Origin: an uncultured Bacillales bacterium | Lineage (GTDB): Bacteria; Bacillota_I; Bacilli_A; RF39; UBA660 | Reading direction: 5' to 3' | Length of the DNA: 53,924 bases | NCBI GenBank assembly: GCA_947168965.1 | Contig: CAMVNW010000003.1 | Coordinates: 1-53,924, forward strand | Part shown: piece by piece, positions 31,653 through 41,589 of the stretch | Numbering within the stretch: the stretch's first letter is position 1 | How the letters are laid out: each line of letters begins with the position of its first letter | Made by a program: the position numbers and the translations under genes | Notes under the pieces: generated by a model | Databases searched by the model: none | What the model was told of the DNA's origin: nothing | The model's input: the letters and a program-made list of their open reading frames with translations, nothing else

Positions 31653-32237
31653 TTACTTATCAATATGTAAAACTTTTTCTAAATAACATTCCCCACATAA
31701 CGGAACATATTCTACCTCACTAGAACCATCAATTAATATATCATCACCATCATATAAAAATTCACCATTTAACCTTCTTGCATTAAATCTAGCCATATTA
31801 CCACAATTGCATAAAGACTTAAACTCATTTAATTCATCAGCCAAAGCAAGTAACCTCATGCTACCATCAAAAAGTTCGGTTTTGAAATTAGTTCTAAGTC
31901 CATAGCAAATAACAGGAACATTCAATAACTTAGTTATCCTAAATAATTGTTCAACATGTTCAACACTTAAAAATTGTGCTTCATCAACAAAGATACATTT
32001 TACACCATCAATTTTATCACAAAGCAATTTATAAACATCACAATCATTATCAATTAAATAATCCACTTCTCTATTCAAACCCACACGAGTAACAATAGAT
32101 TTTCCACCCTTAGTATCAACACTAGGTTTCATAACAATAACCTTTAATCCATTTTCCTCATAATTATAAGCAGTTCTAAGTAAATCCATAGTCTTACCAG
32201 AATTCATTGCGGAATAATTAAATATTAACTTAGCCAT
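31653..32237 (-). CDS. tdk: Thymidine kinase
   Basis: AMNSGKT, VDEAQF, YGLRTNF, zinc-binding Cys pairs. Confidence 0.95.
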   Translation of the reverse strand: MAKLIFNYSAMNSGKTMDLLRTAYNYEENGLKVIVMKPSVDTKGGKSIVTRVGLNREVDYLIDNDCDVYKLLCDKIDGVKCIFVDEAQFLSVEHVEQLFRITKLLNVPVICYGLRTNFKTELFDGSMRLLALADELNEFKSLCNCGNMARFNARRLNGEFLYDGDDILIDGSSEVEYVPLCGECYLEKVLHIDK

Positions 32238-32631
32238 TATAAACCTCCAAATATTTTTTATAAGCACTCTTCCACATTTTCTTTAAATTATCAAAAGTCA
32301 AAATATCATATACTTTATCAATATCAACCCAACAAGCAGATTCAACCTCTTCTTCTTGGATACATATATCTGAATCACCATCTAAAAAACTTATAAAATA
32401 AACAACCTCTTTAGGAACATTATTATGAACAAAATAATTAATAGTAAATCTCAAATTAGAATCAATTCTAACTTTAACTCCAACTTCTTCTAAAGTTTCC
32501 CTATAAGCACACTCTTCTTCAGACTCACCAGCCTCAACATGACCCTTAGGAAATCCATAAAATCCACTTAACTGTTTTTCAATTAAAACTTTATCATTAT
32601 TAATTACAATACAACCACACGCTTTTTCCAT
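32230..32631 (-). CDS. NUDIX hydrolase (Ap4A hydrolase-like)
   Basis: FPKGHVEAGESEEECAYRETLEEVG Nudix box. Confidence 0.9.
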   Translation of the reverse strand: MEKACGCIVINNDKVLIEKQLSGFYGFPKGHVEAGESEEECAYRETLEEVGVKVRIDSNLRFTINYFVHNNVPKEVVYFISFLDGDSDICIQEEEVESACWVDIDKVYDILTFDNLKKMWKSAYKKYLEVYNG

Positions 32632-32744
32632 ACTTCCTCCTACCTTTAACATTATATAACAATTATAATTATTAATAAATATAATTACTTGACTTTTAAT
32701 AAAAATTTATATATATTGAATATATGAAATAAGGAGGATTAATC

Positions 32745-34241
32745 ATGTATATAAATGATAAAATATTAATTGGAAAAAATGAAAATTATGAAGCATGTAT
32801 ATTACCAAAAATGGCTAATCGTCATGGATTAATTACAGGAGCATCAGGATCAGGAAAAACAATAACACTTAAAGTAATGGCAGAAAGTTTCTCAAATGCT
32901 GGAGTACCTGTATTTCTAGCAGATGTTAAAGGTGATATTGGAGCTACTGCACTACCAGGAGAAACAAGTGAAGCATTAGAAAATAGATTAAATAAATTAG
33001 GAATAGAAAACTTCGAATATAAAGGATTCCCTGTAAGATTTTGGGATATATTCGGTATATCAGGACACCCTATTAGAACAACTATAGACTCTGTTGGACC
33101 AGAAATACTATCAATGATGTTAGGATTATCAGAAGCACAAGAAGGAGTTCTAACAATAGTATATAAAATAGCTAAAGACAATAACTGGAAACTAGATGAT
33201 ATAAAAGATTTAAGACTTCTTCTTCAATATGTGGGAGACAACAAAAATGATTTCATAACAAAATATGGAAATATTACAACACAAACAATAGGAGTAATTC
33301 AAAGATGCCTATTAACACTTGAAAATCAAGGAGCAGACAAATTCTTTGGTCAACCTGAATTAGATATAAACGACTTTATACAAACAGAAAATGGACAAGG
33401 ATTAATAAATATCCTAGACGCAGTAGAATTATTTAAGTCCCCTGATTTATATGCATCATTCCTATTATGGTTACTAACAAACTTATTTAATAAAATGCCA
33501 GAAGTTGGAGACTTAGATAAACCAAGAATAGTATTCTTCTTCGATGAAGCACACCTATTATTTAATGGAATGCCATCATATAGACTAAAACAAATAACAC
33601 AAGTAGTAAAATTAATTAGATCAAGAGGAATCGGACTATACTTCATATCACAATCACCAACAGATATACCAGACGAAATAATAGCTCAATTAGGAAATAG
33701 AGTTCAACACACATTAAGAGCATACACACCTGCAGAACAAAGAACAGTTAAAGCTGCTGCTGACGCATTTAGAACAAATCCAAACTTCAATACAACAGAA
33801 GCAATTTTAGCACTTGGTACAGGAGAAGCATTAGTATCATTCCAAAATGATAAAGGAGAACCTGAAATAGTAGAAAAAGTAACTATTCTCCCACCTCAAA
33901 GTAAAATGGGAACAATAGATGAAATAACAAGAAACAAAATAATAAATACATCATCTATAGTAGGAAAATATGACGAAATGATAGAAAGAGAATCAGCATT
34001 TGAAGAACTAAATGAAATGATTAAACAAAAATTAGAAGAAGAAGAACAAATAAGACAACAAGAATTAGAAGAAAAAGAACAATTAAAAAAACAAAAAGAA
34101 GAAGAAAAAGCCAAAAAAGAAGCAGAAAAAGAAAGAAAAAATTCTGTTGGATATAAAATAGGAAAAAAAGTTGCAAATAAAACATTAGATAAAGCAATCA
34201 ATAAAGGACTTAACTCAATATTTAAAAGTATATTTAAATAA
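32745..34241 (+). CDS. DUF853/YjgR HerA-like ATPase
   Basis: NRHGLITGASGSGKT, FFFDEAHLLF, LIRSRGIG, QLGNRVQH. Confidence 0.92.
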   Translation: MYINDKILIGKNENYEACILPKMANRHGLITGASGSGKTITLKVMAESFSNAGVPVFLADVKGDIGATALPGETSEALENRLNKLGIENFEYKGFPVRFWDIFGISGHPIRTTIDSVGPEILSMMLGLSEAQEGVLTIVYKIAKDNNWKLDDIKDLRLLLQYVGDNKNDFITKYGNITTQTIGVIQRCLLTLENQGADKFFGQPELDINDFIQTENGQGLINILDAVELFKSPDLYASFLLWLLTNLFNKMPEVGDLDKPRIVFFFDEAHLLFNGMPSYRLKQITQVVKLIRSRGIGLYFISQSPTDIPDEIIAQLGNRVQHTLRAYTPAEQRTVKAAADAFRTNPNFNTTEAILALGTGEALVSFQNDKGEPEIVEKVTILPPQSKMGTIDEITRNKIINTSSIVGKYDEMIERESAFEELNEMIKQKLEEEEQIRQQELEEKEQLKKQKEEEKAKKEAEKERKNSVGYKIGKKVANKTLDKAINKGLNSIFKSIFK

Positions 34242-34298
34242 ACTTCAGAAAAACTGAAGTTTTTTTATACAAAAAAAGATACTTTTATCAAGTACCTT
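34240..34298. terminator. Back-to-back terminators between convergent genes
   Basis: AAACTTCAG/CTGAAGTTT + T-run (plus strand) and AAGGTACTT/AAGTATCTT + T-run (minus strand). Confidence 0.75.
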
Positions 34299-35514
34299 AT
34301 AAATTATTCTTAGGAGCTATTATTACAGGAATAACCTTACACTCTTCTGATTTAGATTTAGGATAAATTTCACTTTTCAAATCATTTAATTTTCCAAATG
34401 CAAAAGCATTAGTTTCATTATAATTAGAATTAGTCCAATAGCAACCACTATGTACTAAATAACTAAACTTATCATTCATAAATGTATAATAACCATTAGA
34501 ATTAATTCCTCTAGCAATCTCAGTATTAATACGATTTCCATAACTTAAATTACCAACTATTTGTGGTGAAATATCATCACCATTTAATAAAGTATTATTA
34601 ACATCCTTAGAAACAATATATAATAAATCATTAGCAGATAATCCTCTAGAAGGAGCAGTCCAATTAGACGTAAATTCATCTAGTTTACTATTGTAATTAG
34701 CAAAATCACTAGTTAAATAATTACCATACAAACTTGGTAACAATGTAACATTAACATCACCTAAAGTATTATTAGTATCAATTACAGTAGTACTTAAACA
34801 AGTATTACTAACAGATTCACATCTCTTATTAAGTAAAACATCATATAAAATTGTATCACCCAAAGTATATCTCATATCACTTGAACTATTAGTATCAATA
34901 AACTGTTCAGCAACAATACTAATAACTATTTGAACAGCAGGTCTTACCTCATAACTAGAATTTTCTATTAATTTTCTTTGCTCATCTTGTTGAAAATTAT
35001 AAGCATTCATTCCCCACAAAGAATCCAACTCATCATTACCAGAATCAAGAGGCCATGAAACAGAAACCTCAAAAGTACTTGTATCCCCTCCTGCCGCAAT
35101 ATAATTTTTACTCAAATCAATATTTACATGAAAAGGATAATCATGAGATAAAGAATCAGATAAAAATTGATTATTCTCCAAAGATTCACCATTAATAGAA
35201 CTATCAAGTATTCTTGCAGACACAATCTTATAACTTAATTTAGCGTCGCTATCACCCTTATTTTCAATATTAACAATCTCATCAACAGTCTCCATTCCTG
35301 GATAAACATCGTCAAGAGTAATAACAATATCATTAGTAACAACTTCACCTGATTTAGATAATTCAATATACCAAGCCTTTACATCAACCTCAGTAGAAAC
35401 TTTTCTTAAACCACTATACGCAAACCACGCAAAAGTAGTAAAAATAAATGAAGTCGCTATAAAAACTATAGGAATCATATATATTTTCAAATACTTCTTA
35501 TAACGAGCCTTCAT
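34297..35514 (-). CDS. Secreted SipW-type substrate, TasA/CalY-like N-domain plus second C-terminal domain
   Basis: TTFA/WF signal; VYPG, IENKGDSDA, VSW motifs typical of the TasA/camelysin-like fold. Confidence 0.72.
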   Translation of the reverse strand: MKARYKKYLKIYMIPIVFIATSFIFTTFAWFAYSGLRKVSTEVDVKAWYIELSKSGEVVTNDIVITLDDVYPGMETVDEIVNIENKGDSDAKLSYKIVSARILDSSINGESLENNQFLSDSLSHDYPFHVNIDLSKNYIAAGGDTSTFEVSVSWPLDSGNDELDSLWGMNAYNFQQDEQRKLIENSSYEVRPAVQIVISIVAEQFIDTNSSSDMRYTLGDTILYDVLLNKRCESVSNTCLSTTVIDTNNTLGDVNVTLLPSLYGNYLTSDFANYNSKLDEFTSNWTAPSRGLSANDLLYIVSKDVNNTLLNGDDISPQIVGNLSYGNRINTEIARGINSNGYYTFMNDKFSYLVHSGCYWTNSNYNETNAFAFGKLNDLKSEIYPKSKSEECKVIPVIIAPKNNL

Positions 35515-35527
35515 TTAAATCACATCC

Positions 35528-36091
35528 TTAATCTCTATTTCTTTTTTTCTCCTCTTTATCTAACAAAGTAGAAATAATCTCAGAAGAAATAATATATAAA
35601 ATTGGAATTATTATAAATAAATAAAAACCAATATTTGTGCTTACAATCTTATAAACCAAAGAAATTATAAAACACTTATAAATAACCTTACCATAAACTT
35701 GATTAGAAGAAACTAGTGGATCTTCAACTATATTAGCAAGACCTTTAGTATGAAAATAATAATTTCCATCTATCTTCTCAATTCCAACAACTTGGTGAGT
35801 AACAACCTTATCCTTAAAACTATTAACAGTACCCAAATAACTAATATTATCCCCTACTTTAATATTTTCAGGTTTAACCTCTTTAGCAATTAAAACGTCA
35901 CCAATCTTATACTTAGGCTCCATTGACCCAGATATTACAGTAAACATTCTAAAATTAAATATAGACAATTTATTATTACTGAACCTTTGCAAACAAACAG
36001 ATAAAACAAAACCTATCATTGCAATAAAAACGATAATTTTGAAAACAACAGAACATATCTTAAAAACTTTGTTATTCCTTAACTTTTCCAT
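35528..36091 (-). CDS. sipW: Signal peptidase I, SipW (ER-type Ser-His)
   Basis: VISGSMEP, GD, VTHQV, TKG.AN..ED, VYGK, flanking TMs. Confidence 0.9.
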   Translation of the reverse strand: MEKLRNNKVFKICSVVFKIIVFIAMIGFVLSVCLQRFSNNKLSIFNFRMFTVISGSMEPKYKIGDVLIAKEVKPENIKVGDNISYLGTVNSFKDKVVTHQVVGIEKIDGNYYFHTKGLANIVEDPLVSSNQVYGKVIYKCFIISLVYKIVSTNIGFYLFIIIPILYIISSEIISTLLDKEEKKRNRD

Positions 36092-36099
36092 AAAACCTC

Positions 36100-37230
36100 C
36101 TACAAATACTCTCTAGCTTTAGCTAAATAGTCATCCATTTCCTTTTGAAATTTTTTCTTAATATCAGCACTTCCGATTTGAGAAATATTTTTTTTCTTCT
36201 CCATCTCAGTAGAAAGTAGCTTTAGTAATTCTTGATCACTAATCTTAATACCATTCTTTAATAAAATATCTACACAACGCTGTACCTGATTCATTATCAT
36301 AAGTAAAGCGTATTTGCACAATTTGTCTTTTTGATCTTTCTTATTAATAGAAATAGAATCTAAAACATAATAATCCATCAAGAAGGCATCACCTAAAATA
36401 TCTCTTAATAAATCATCACCTTTTGAATCCATACCATTAATATTTTTATTTTTACCATCATCAACATTATATAAGAAATCCCATAACTTAGTAGCCATTT
36501 GAAAATTAGGATTCTTAAGAATTAAATTTGTCTTCTTAATTGGTGGCATAACAAGAGTTGCGTGTTGTTTCTGTAAAGAAGTAATAAGTTCACTTGCTAA
36601 CCAAGAATTAATAAACTTTTTCATCTTCTCAATTCTCTTTTTTACAGAATTAATTTCCTTTTCCAAATCATTATCCTCATCAGATAATCTAGTAGGTTTA
36701 GAACTTATTTTAACATCAACCTTTACCCTTTCCTTACCATTACTAGTAGAAGCAGAATACTCTAAAGTTTTATCACTTTTAGGTTTTAAATCCTTAAGTA
36801 ACTCTTCTTTTTCAGTAAGAAATCTAAGTAAATTTAAAATCAAAGTATAAATAAATCTATTTTCATATGTATTGAAAGTCTCCTCACGGAAAACAACGAG
36901 TAATTTAGAAGGTAAAACATCACCAGTTACAGGATCAACCTTATCAATATAATCAGTATGCTTAGATAAATCCTTAACAGTATCAACACTAGTTTTTCTA
37001 GCCTTCTCTATTTTAGTAACCTCAGATTCACTAACCAAAGCAACCTTAGGAGTTCTAACAATATTATCTAGATAAGGACATACCTCTTCAATAATATCCA
37101 ACCACTCCAAAGAATTAATATCACTTTGTAAATCAGACTTTAAATGCATACCAGATTTAATATTTTTTATAAAATTATTACTTTTAACTTTTAACTGTTC
37201 ATCAACAGACAAACTGATTGCTTTACCCAT
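36100..37230 (-). CDS. DUF2357 / McrC-like protein lacking an evident nuclease domain
   Basis: TFNTYENRFI signature; adjacent to McrB-like ATPase; no PD-(D/E)xK motif seen. Confidence 0.72.
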   Translation of the reverse strand: MGKAISLSVDEQLKVKSNNFIKNIKSGMHLKSDLQSDINSLEWLDIIEEVCPYLDNIVRTPKVALVSESEVTKIEKARKTSVDTVKDLSKHTDYIDKVDPVTGDVLPSKLLVVFREETFNTYENRFIYTLILNLLRFLTEKEELLKDLKPKSDKTLEYSASTSNGKERVKVDVKISSKPTRLSDEDNDLEKEINSVKKRIEKMKKFINSWLASELITSLQKQHATLVMPPIKKTNLILKNPNFQMATKLWDFLYNVDDGKNKNINGMDSKGDDLLRDILGDAFLMDYYVLDSISINKKDQKDKLCKYALLMIMNQVQRCVDILLKNGIKISDQELLKLLSTEMEKKKNISQIGSADIKKKFQKEMDDYLAKAREYL

Positions 37231-37245
37231 CTATAACACCCTCTT

Positions 37246-38787
37246 TTATGCAGATTTCTTAAGTCTCTCCAAAAACTCAATACATTCTTTCATATTACCA
37301 TTACCAAATTCCTTATTAAGATATTTGATAAATCCATCAATTTCATCACGAATTAAAATTAAATTTAATTGTTCAAACTTACGTAAAACCTTTTTAGCCA
37401 AGAAGTAATCAATACCAGAAACTTCATCTCCACCGCAACCAACATAAACTGGAACAAATGCTTTCAATTGTTTCATAATACGGTTACCAAACGCAATTCT
37501 AAAATGATGTATAACATAATCATCTAGTTTATTAATTATATTTATACCCTTTTCAGAAACAGCATATTTTTCCTGAGCATCTTTAAATAAAGCTTCAAGA
37601 TAACTTGAATTAATATCCATAGCTTCTTGCTCACGACAAGAAAAAGGATCAATTTTTTCATTAATATCAATAGGCATTGCTCTATCGTAAACCTTATCAG
37701 TAACCATAAATGTAGAGTCGTCGTTGTTGATAGTACCTATATACCATAAGTTACCTGGTAATCTTAACTTACCATTCTCAACTAATTGTGGATCATCAGG
37801 CCATGTTGTAGTAACCAACTCGATAATCCATTCATTACGATTAGGAACTTCAAGAATAGATAACATTTCAGCAAAATAATACTCAACACGAGCAATGTTC
37901 ATTTCATCAAGAATAATAGTATGAATATCATCATCAAATCTTGAAATATATAATTCCTCTAAAACGTTACTTTCATTAAACTTCTTAGTAAACTCATTAA
38001 AATAACCTAATAACTCAGTCTTATCACGCCAAGAAGGCTGAACAGAAGCAATACAAGAATTATGTTTAACAAATTTACCCCAAGCATAAGCAAGTGAAGT
38101 TTTACCAGTACCAGAAATACCTTGTAAAATTATTAACTTACTACAAGCAAGACCACCAAAGAAAGCTCTTAACAATGGTTCATTATAGTATAAATGTAAT
38201 TGTGTAGCAGCAAAACATCTAAAATTATCAATTAATTCTTCAAGAGTAAAATTACCATTGTAATTCTTTGCCTTGAATCCTTTCATTCTTTCATCAATAC
38301 GAACAAGTTTAGGAAATCTTACATTACCAGCATTTTCATCATTAGTATTCTCTTCTTGAGGAGCAGCACCATCACCACTAGGTGTCTCACCCTCTTCATC
38401 AGGTTTTAATCCCAATTGAGAAACCTTCATTGCCATAAGTTCATCCTTTTCCTTCATCAATTGACGAACCTTTTTATTAAGATTACCAATTTCATCCAAT
38501 AACTCATCTTGATTTAGCTTTTGTCTTCTTAATCTTAAATACTTTCTAACTCTAAATAAAACTAAAAGTACAAATCCAACAACAACTACTACTAAAAACA
38601 AAATAGTTAAAATTACAAAAATCCATTCAATAGTATTAAAACTATCCTTATAACTCTCCAATATTTTTTTATAATCAAAATAATTAAACATCTTAGAAAT
38701 ACCAGAAATAATACCATTGAAAAGTTTAGTTATACCTTCAAAAAATATTGAAATAAACTCATAAAAAAATCTAAAAAAAGTATTCAT
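37246..38787 (-). CDS. Membrane-anchored McrB-family AAA+ NTPase
   Basis: TM + coiled coil; GISGTGKTS, VQPSWRD, LDEMNIARVEYYF, GTINNDD...DKVYDRA (NxxD McrB signature), FGNRI. Confidence 0.85.
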   Translation of the reverse strand: MNTFFRFFYEFISIFFEGITKLFNGIISGISKMFNYFDYKKILESYKDSFNTIEWIFVILTILFLVVVVVGFVLLVLFRVRKYLRLRRQKLNQDELLDEIGNLNKKVRQLMKEKDELMAMKVSQLGLKPDEEGETPSGDGAAPQEENTNDENAGNVRFPKLVRIDERMKGFKAKNYNGNFTLEELIDNFRCFAATQLHLYYNEPLLRAFFGGLACSKLIILQGISGTGKTSLAYAWGKFVKHNSCIASVQPSWRDKTELLGYFNEFTKKFNESNVLEELYISRFDDDIHTIILDEMNIARVEYYFAEMLSILEVPNRNEWIIELVTTTWPDDPQLVENGKLRLPGNLWYIGTINNDDSTFMVTDKVYDRAMPIDINEKIDPFSCREQEAMDINSSYLEALFKDAQEKYAVSEKGINIINKLDDYVIHHFRIAFGNRIMKQLKAFVPVYVGCGGDEVSGIDYFLAKKVLRKFEQLNLILIRDEIDGFIKYLNKEFGNGNMKECIEFLERLKKSA

Positions 38788-38789
38788 TA

Positions 38790-40919
38790 TTATTCACCCC
38801 CATAATCACCAATCTTCTTACCAATATTATCCTTAATAATCTTTTTAATAATATCAGAAGGAATAGAAGAACAAATATTTGAAGCATCTAAATAACTATC
38901 CATAAAATAATAATCAGCCATATAAACATATCCCATATCATCATTTTTCAATTCAATAGGCTTATTAAATGCAACAGCAAATCCATAGCCTTTCTTTCTT
39001 AATCTCTTAATATCATCCTTATTTTTAAGCATATTAGAAACACTAGTTAAGAAATAAATATGACTCTTAGCGTATTCATTATCAATAATAGAAATAATCT
39101 TATCCAATTTCTTATCCTTACCATATAAAGCATTAGGAATATATACAATATATGTAGAATCATAATCAGACTTCATCATATCAGTTACAATCTTACATAA
39201 AAGCATATTTAATAATACAGCAAGCTTATCCTCAGAAATAATGCCTTCACTATAAGTCTTATCAACAATATACTCACTATAAACCTTACTAAATGAAATA
39301 TTGTGATTTAATTGAACACCGTATAAATTCTTTTGACCAACAATCTTGTTATACTTAATCTCAAATGTACTAGTATCAAGTTTCTCCAAAATATTTGTTA
39401 AATTTTCCCTGCAGAAACCTATAATTTGTTCAATATCAAAAATAACATTATCTCTAATCTCATCATCAAAATCAAAATACTTATTTAACTCTTCAGCCAT
39501 ATCATAATCTTTCTTATCCTCAATACTTGAAATAAATAAGAAACAATTCATATATGCACGAACAATATTAACCTTTTTCTCATCACGAACAAATCTACTT
39601 ATCAAATCATTACCAAAAGACTCTATATTTTTCTTTATATTTTTTCTATCAGAATCAAAACTAAAGAACTTCAAATTCATATATTCATCAATAAATTCAT
39701 TTCTCATATTAGACTTATAAATATAAACCCTACCATCTTTAAGTAAAACATTTAATATTTCATCATATAAAATTTTCTTTATTATAAAAGCTTTATCAAT
39801 AATATTTTTAGCTTTCTTACTTTTAATTCTTTCATTAATATACTCACGTGTAATTTTTTTCTCAACAACTGGAGTATCAACTTCTTCAGCATTCAATGTT
39901 AAATTAACAACCTCAGTATATTTTTCCTTTTCCTCAAGAGCAATTTTATTTTCTTTAATATCAACATCATGAGAATCAGCCGAAATTATTCTAAATACTG
40001 AAGTTTTACTTAAATCGTCAACATCAACAACTTCTTCATCAGTTATTTCACTAGTTTCTTTATAAAGACTATCATCCTTTTCAGGTTGAATTGAAATCAT
40101 TCTAAACATTGCTGTTTTGCTTAATTCATCCTCAATATCAGAAGATTTATCATTATTATCATTTTCTTTTAAAGATTTATTTTCACTAGTAGAATCAATA
40201 ACATCAGAACTATTAGATTTATTAGAATTATCAAAAGAATCATTATCATTTATAACAGTAATAATATTACTTGGCATTTTTTCACTTTGAGTAACCTCAC
40301 TTGGTGACTCAATAGTAACCTTAACCTTTTCAGATTTAATAGTATTATTTGAAACTTTTTTCTTCTTCAATATTAAATCTTTTAAAATATTAACAATCTT
40401 CTCAACTTTCAAATCAAATTTACTTTTTCCAGATTTAAAAGTTAAATTAAATAAATATAAACTAACAATTAAGAACAATATAACAAAAGGATTAAAAATA
40501 GTTTTCCTTAAAATCCCAAACCCATGTAAAGTCTTAACAACACGACCTACTATTTGACTTTGATCAATAGGATCATCCTTAGTATTATTAGCATCACCCT
40601 TAGTAACATAAGTTCCCTTATAAGATTCAATAATTCTATGAGTAATAAAATCATTACCATGCTTATAAGTAACTATATCACCTATATTAACATCACGACT
40701 AGTTTTAACAATTATCCAGTCCCCAGATTCAATAGTTCCATGCATACTTCCAGTTTGAACTTCAAACAAAGAATAACCAAAGAAATTCGAATACTCATTT
40801 CCAAGAATTTTAACTTGGAAAGCAGTATACATAGAGATCAATAAAAAAATAGCGAGTATTACTATCAAAATATTCAAAGTATAATCAATTATCTTACCAA
40901 CCAATTTATTCTTTTTCAT
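38790..40919 (-). CDS. SipW-type signal peptidase fused to long cytoplasmic region (degenerate EAL-like C-terminus)
   Basis: VQTGSM, ITHRII, TKGDANNTKD in N-terminal ~160 aa; ~540 aa extension. Confidence 0.85.
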   Translation of the reverse strand: MKKNKLVGKIIDYTLNILIVILAIFLLISMYTAFQVKILGNEYSNFFGYSLFEVQTGSMHGTIESGDWIIVKTSRDVNIGDIVTYKHGNDFITHRIIESYKGTYVTKGDANNTKDDPIDQSQIVGRVVKTLHGFGILRKTIFNPFVILFLIVSLYLFNLTFKSGKSKFDLKVEKIVNILKDLILKKKKVSNNTIKSEKVKVTIESPSEVTQSEKMPSNIITVINDNDSFDNSNKSNSSDVIDSTSENKSLKENDNNDKSSDIEDELSKTAMFRMISIQPEKDDSLYKETSEITDEEVVDVDDLSKTSVFRIISADSHDVDIKENKIALEEKEKYTEVVNLTLNAEEVDTPVVEKKITREYINERIKSKKAKNIIDKAFIIKKILYDEILNVLLKDGRVYIYKSNMRNEFIDEYMNLKFFSFDSDRKNIKKNIESFGNDLISRFVRDEKKVNIVRAYMNCFLFISSIEDKKDYDMAEELNKYFDFDDEIRDNVIFDIEQIIGFCRENLTNILEKLDTSTFEIKYNKIVGQKNLYGVQLNHNISFSKVYSEYIVDKTYSEGIISEDKLAVLLNMLLCKIVTDMMKSDYDSTYIVYIPNALYGKDKKLDKIISIIDNEYAKSHIYFLTSVSNMLKNKDDIKRLRKKGYGFAVAFNKPIELKNDDMGYVYMADYYFMDSYLDASNICSSIPSDIIKKIIKDNIGKKIGDYGGE

Positions 40920-40993
40920 ACACTTACCTACTATCTATACTATAATACAATTTTATCATATAACGACAATATTTGCAACAGAAAAAAAAACTC

Positions 40994-41530
40994 TTACGAG
41001 TTTTCTTCTTCATCTTTTCCATATTTTATTTCTACAATTAAAGAATATAATTGATAAACAAATAAGAAAAAGTTAGGAACTAAAATAATAAATAAGAATC
41101 CCCATTTAGACTCAACAATTGATAAATACTTACCAATGTTTGGATAAATTTTTTCACCAGTACCAATTATAAATTCAGAAGAATATGTATCACCATTTGA
41201 GAATGTAATAGCATCATCTTCTTCATGTACTTGCCCTACAACACCAAGTTGTATATTAACTCCACCATGACCATCTAAATGATATACGAATACTTCTTCC
41301 CCTTCTTGATAATCAACTATTTCTTTGCTTTCAACAACAACTAAACTACCTTTTTCATAAGTTTCAGAAGTAAATCCCTTCTTTATAATAAGTAAAGATG
41401 TATCATCAAATTGAGTAACACCAAACTTATTAAAATTTAAAAGCAATATTGTCATTGTTATAGTAAATGCAAAAAACACAATCAAAACAATAGAAACAAT
41501 TATTCTTTTAATAACACCTAATGCCTTCAT
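40994..41530 (-). CDS. Degenerate (probably inactive) SipW-like membrane protein
   Basis: SipW size and topology with C-terminal G..LS...SKWGFLFIILVP, but SGSM, THR and TKGD are absent. Confidence 0.6.
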   Translation of the reverse strand: MKALGVIKRIIVSIVLIVFFAFTITMTILLLNFNKFGVTQFDDTSLLIIKKGFTSETYEKGSLVVVESKEIVDYQEGEEVFVYHLDGHGGVNIQLGVVGQVHEEDDAITFSNGDTYSSEFIIGTGEKIYPNIGKYLSIVESKWGFLFIILVPNFFLFVYQLYSLIVEIKYGKDEEENS

Positions 41531-41589
41531 CACACACCACCTATTCTACTATAAAAATAATATCATAAATTAAAAACTTTTGCAACCAC

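Noticed and set aside
36100-38787. Conventional McrBC restriction/defence system
   Set aside because: No DNA-recognition domain, no visible nuclease motif, TM anchor, and no defence-island context; not fully excluded without structure search
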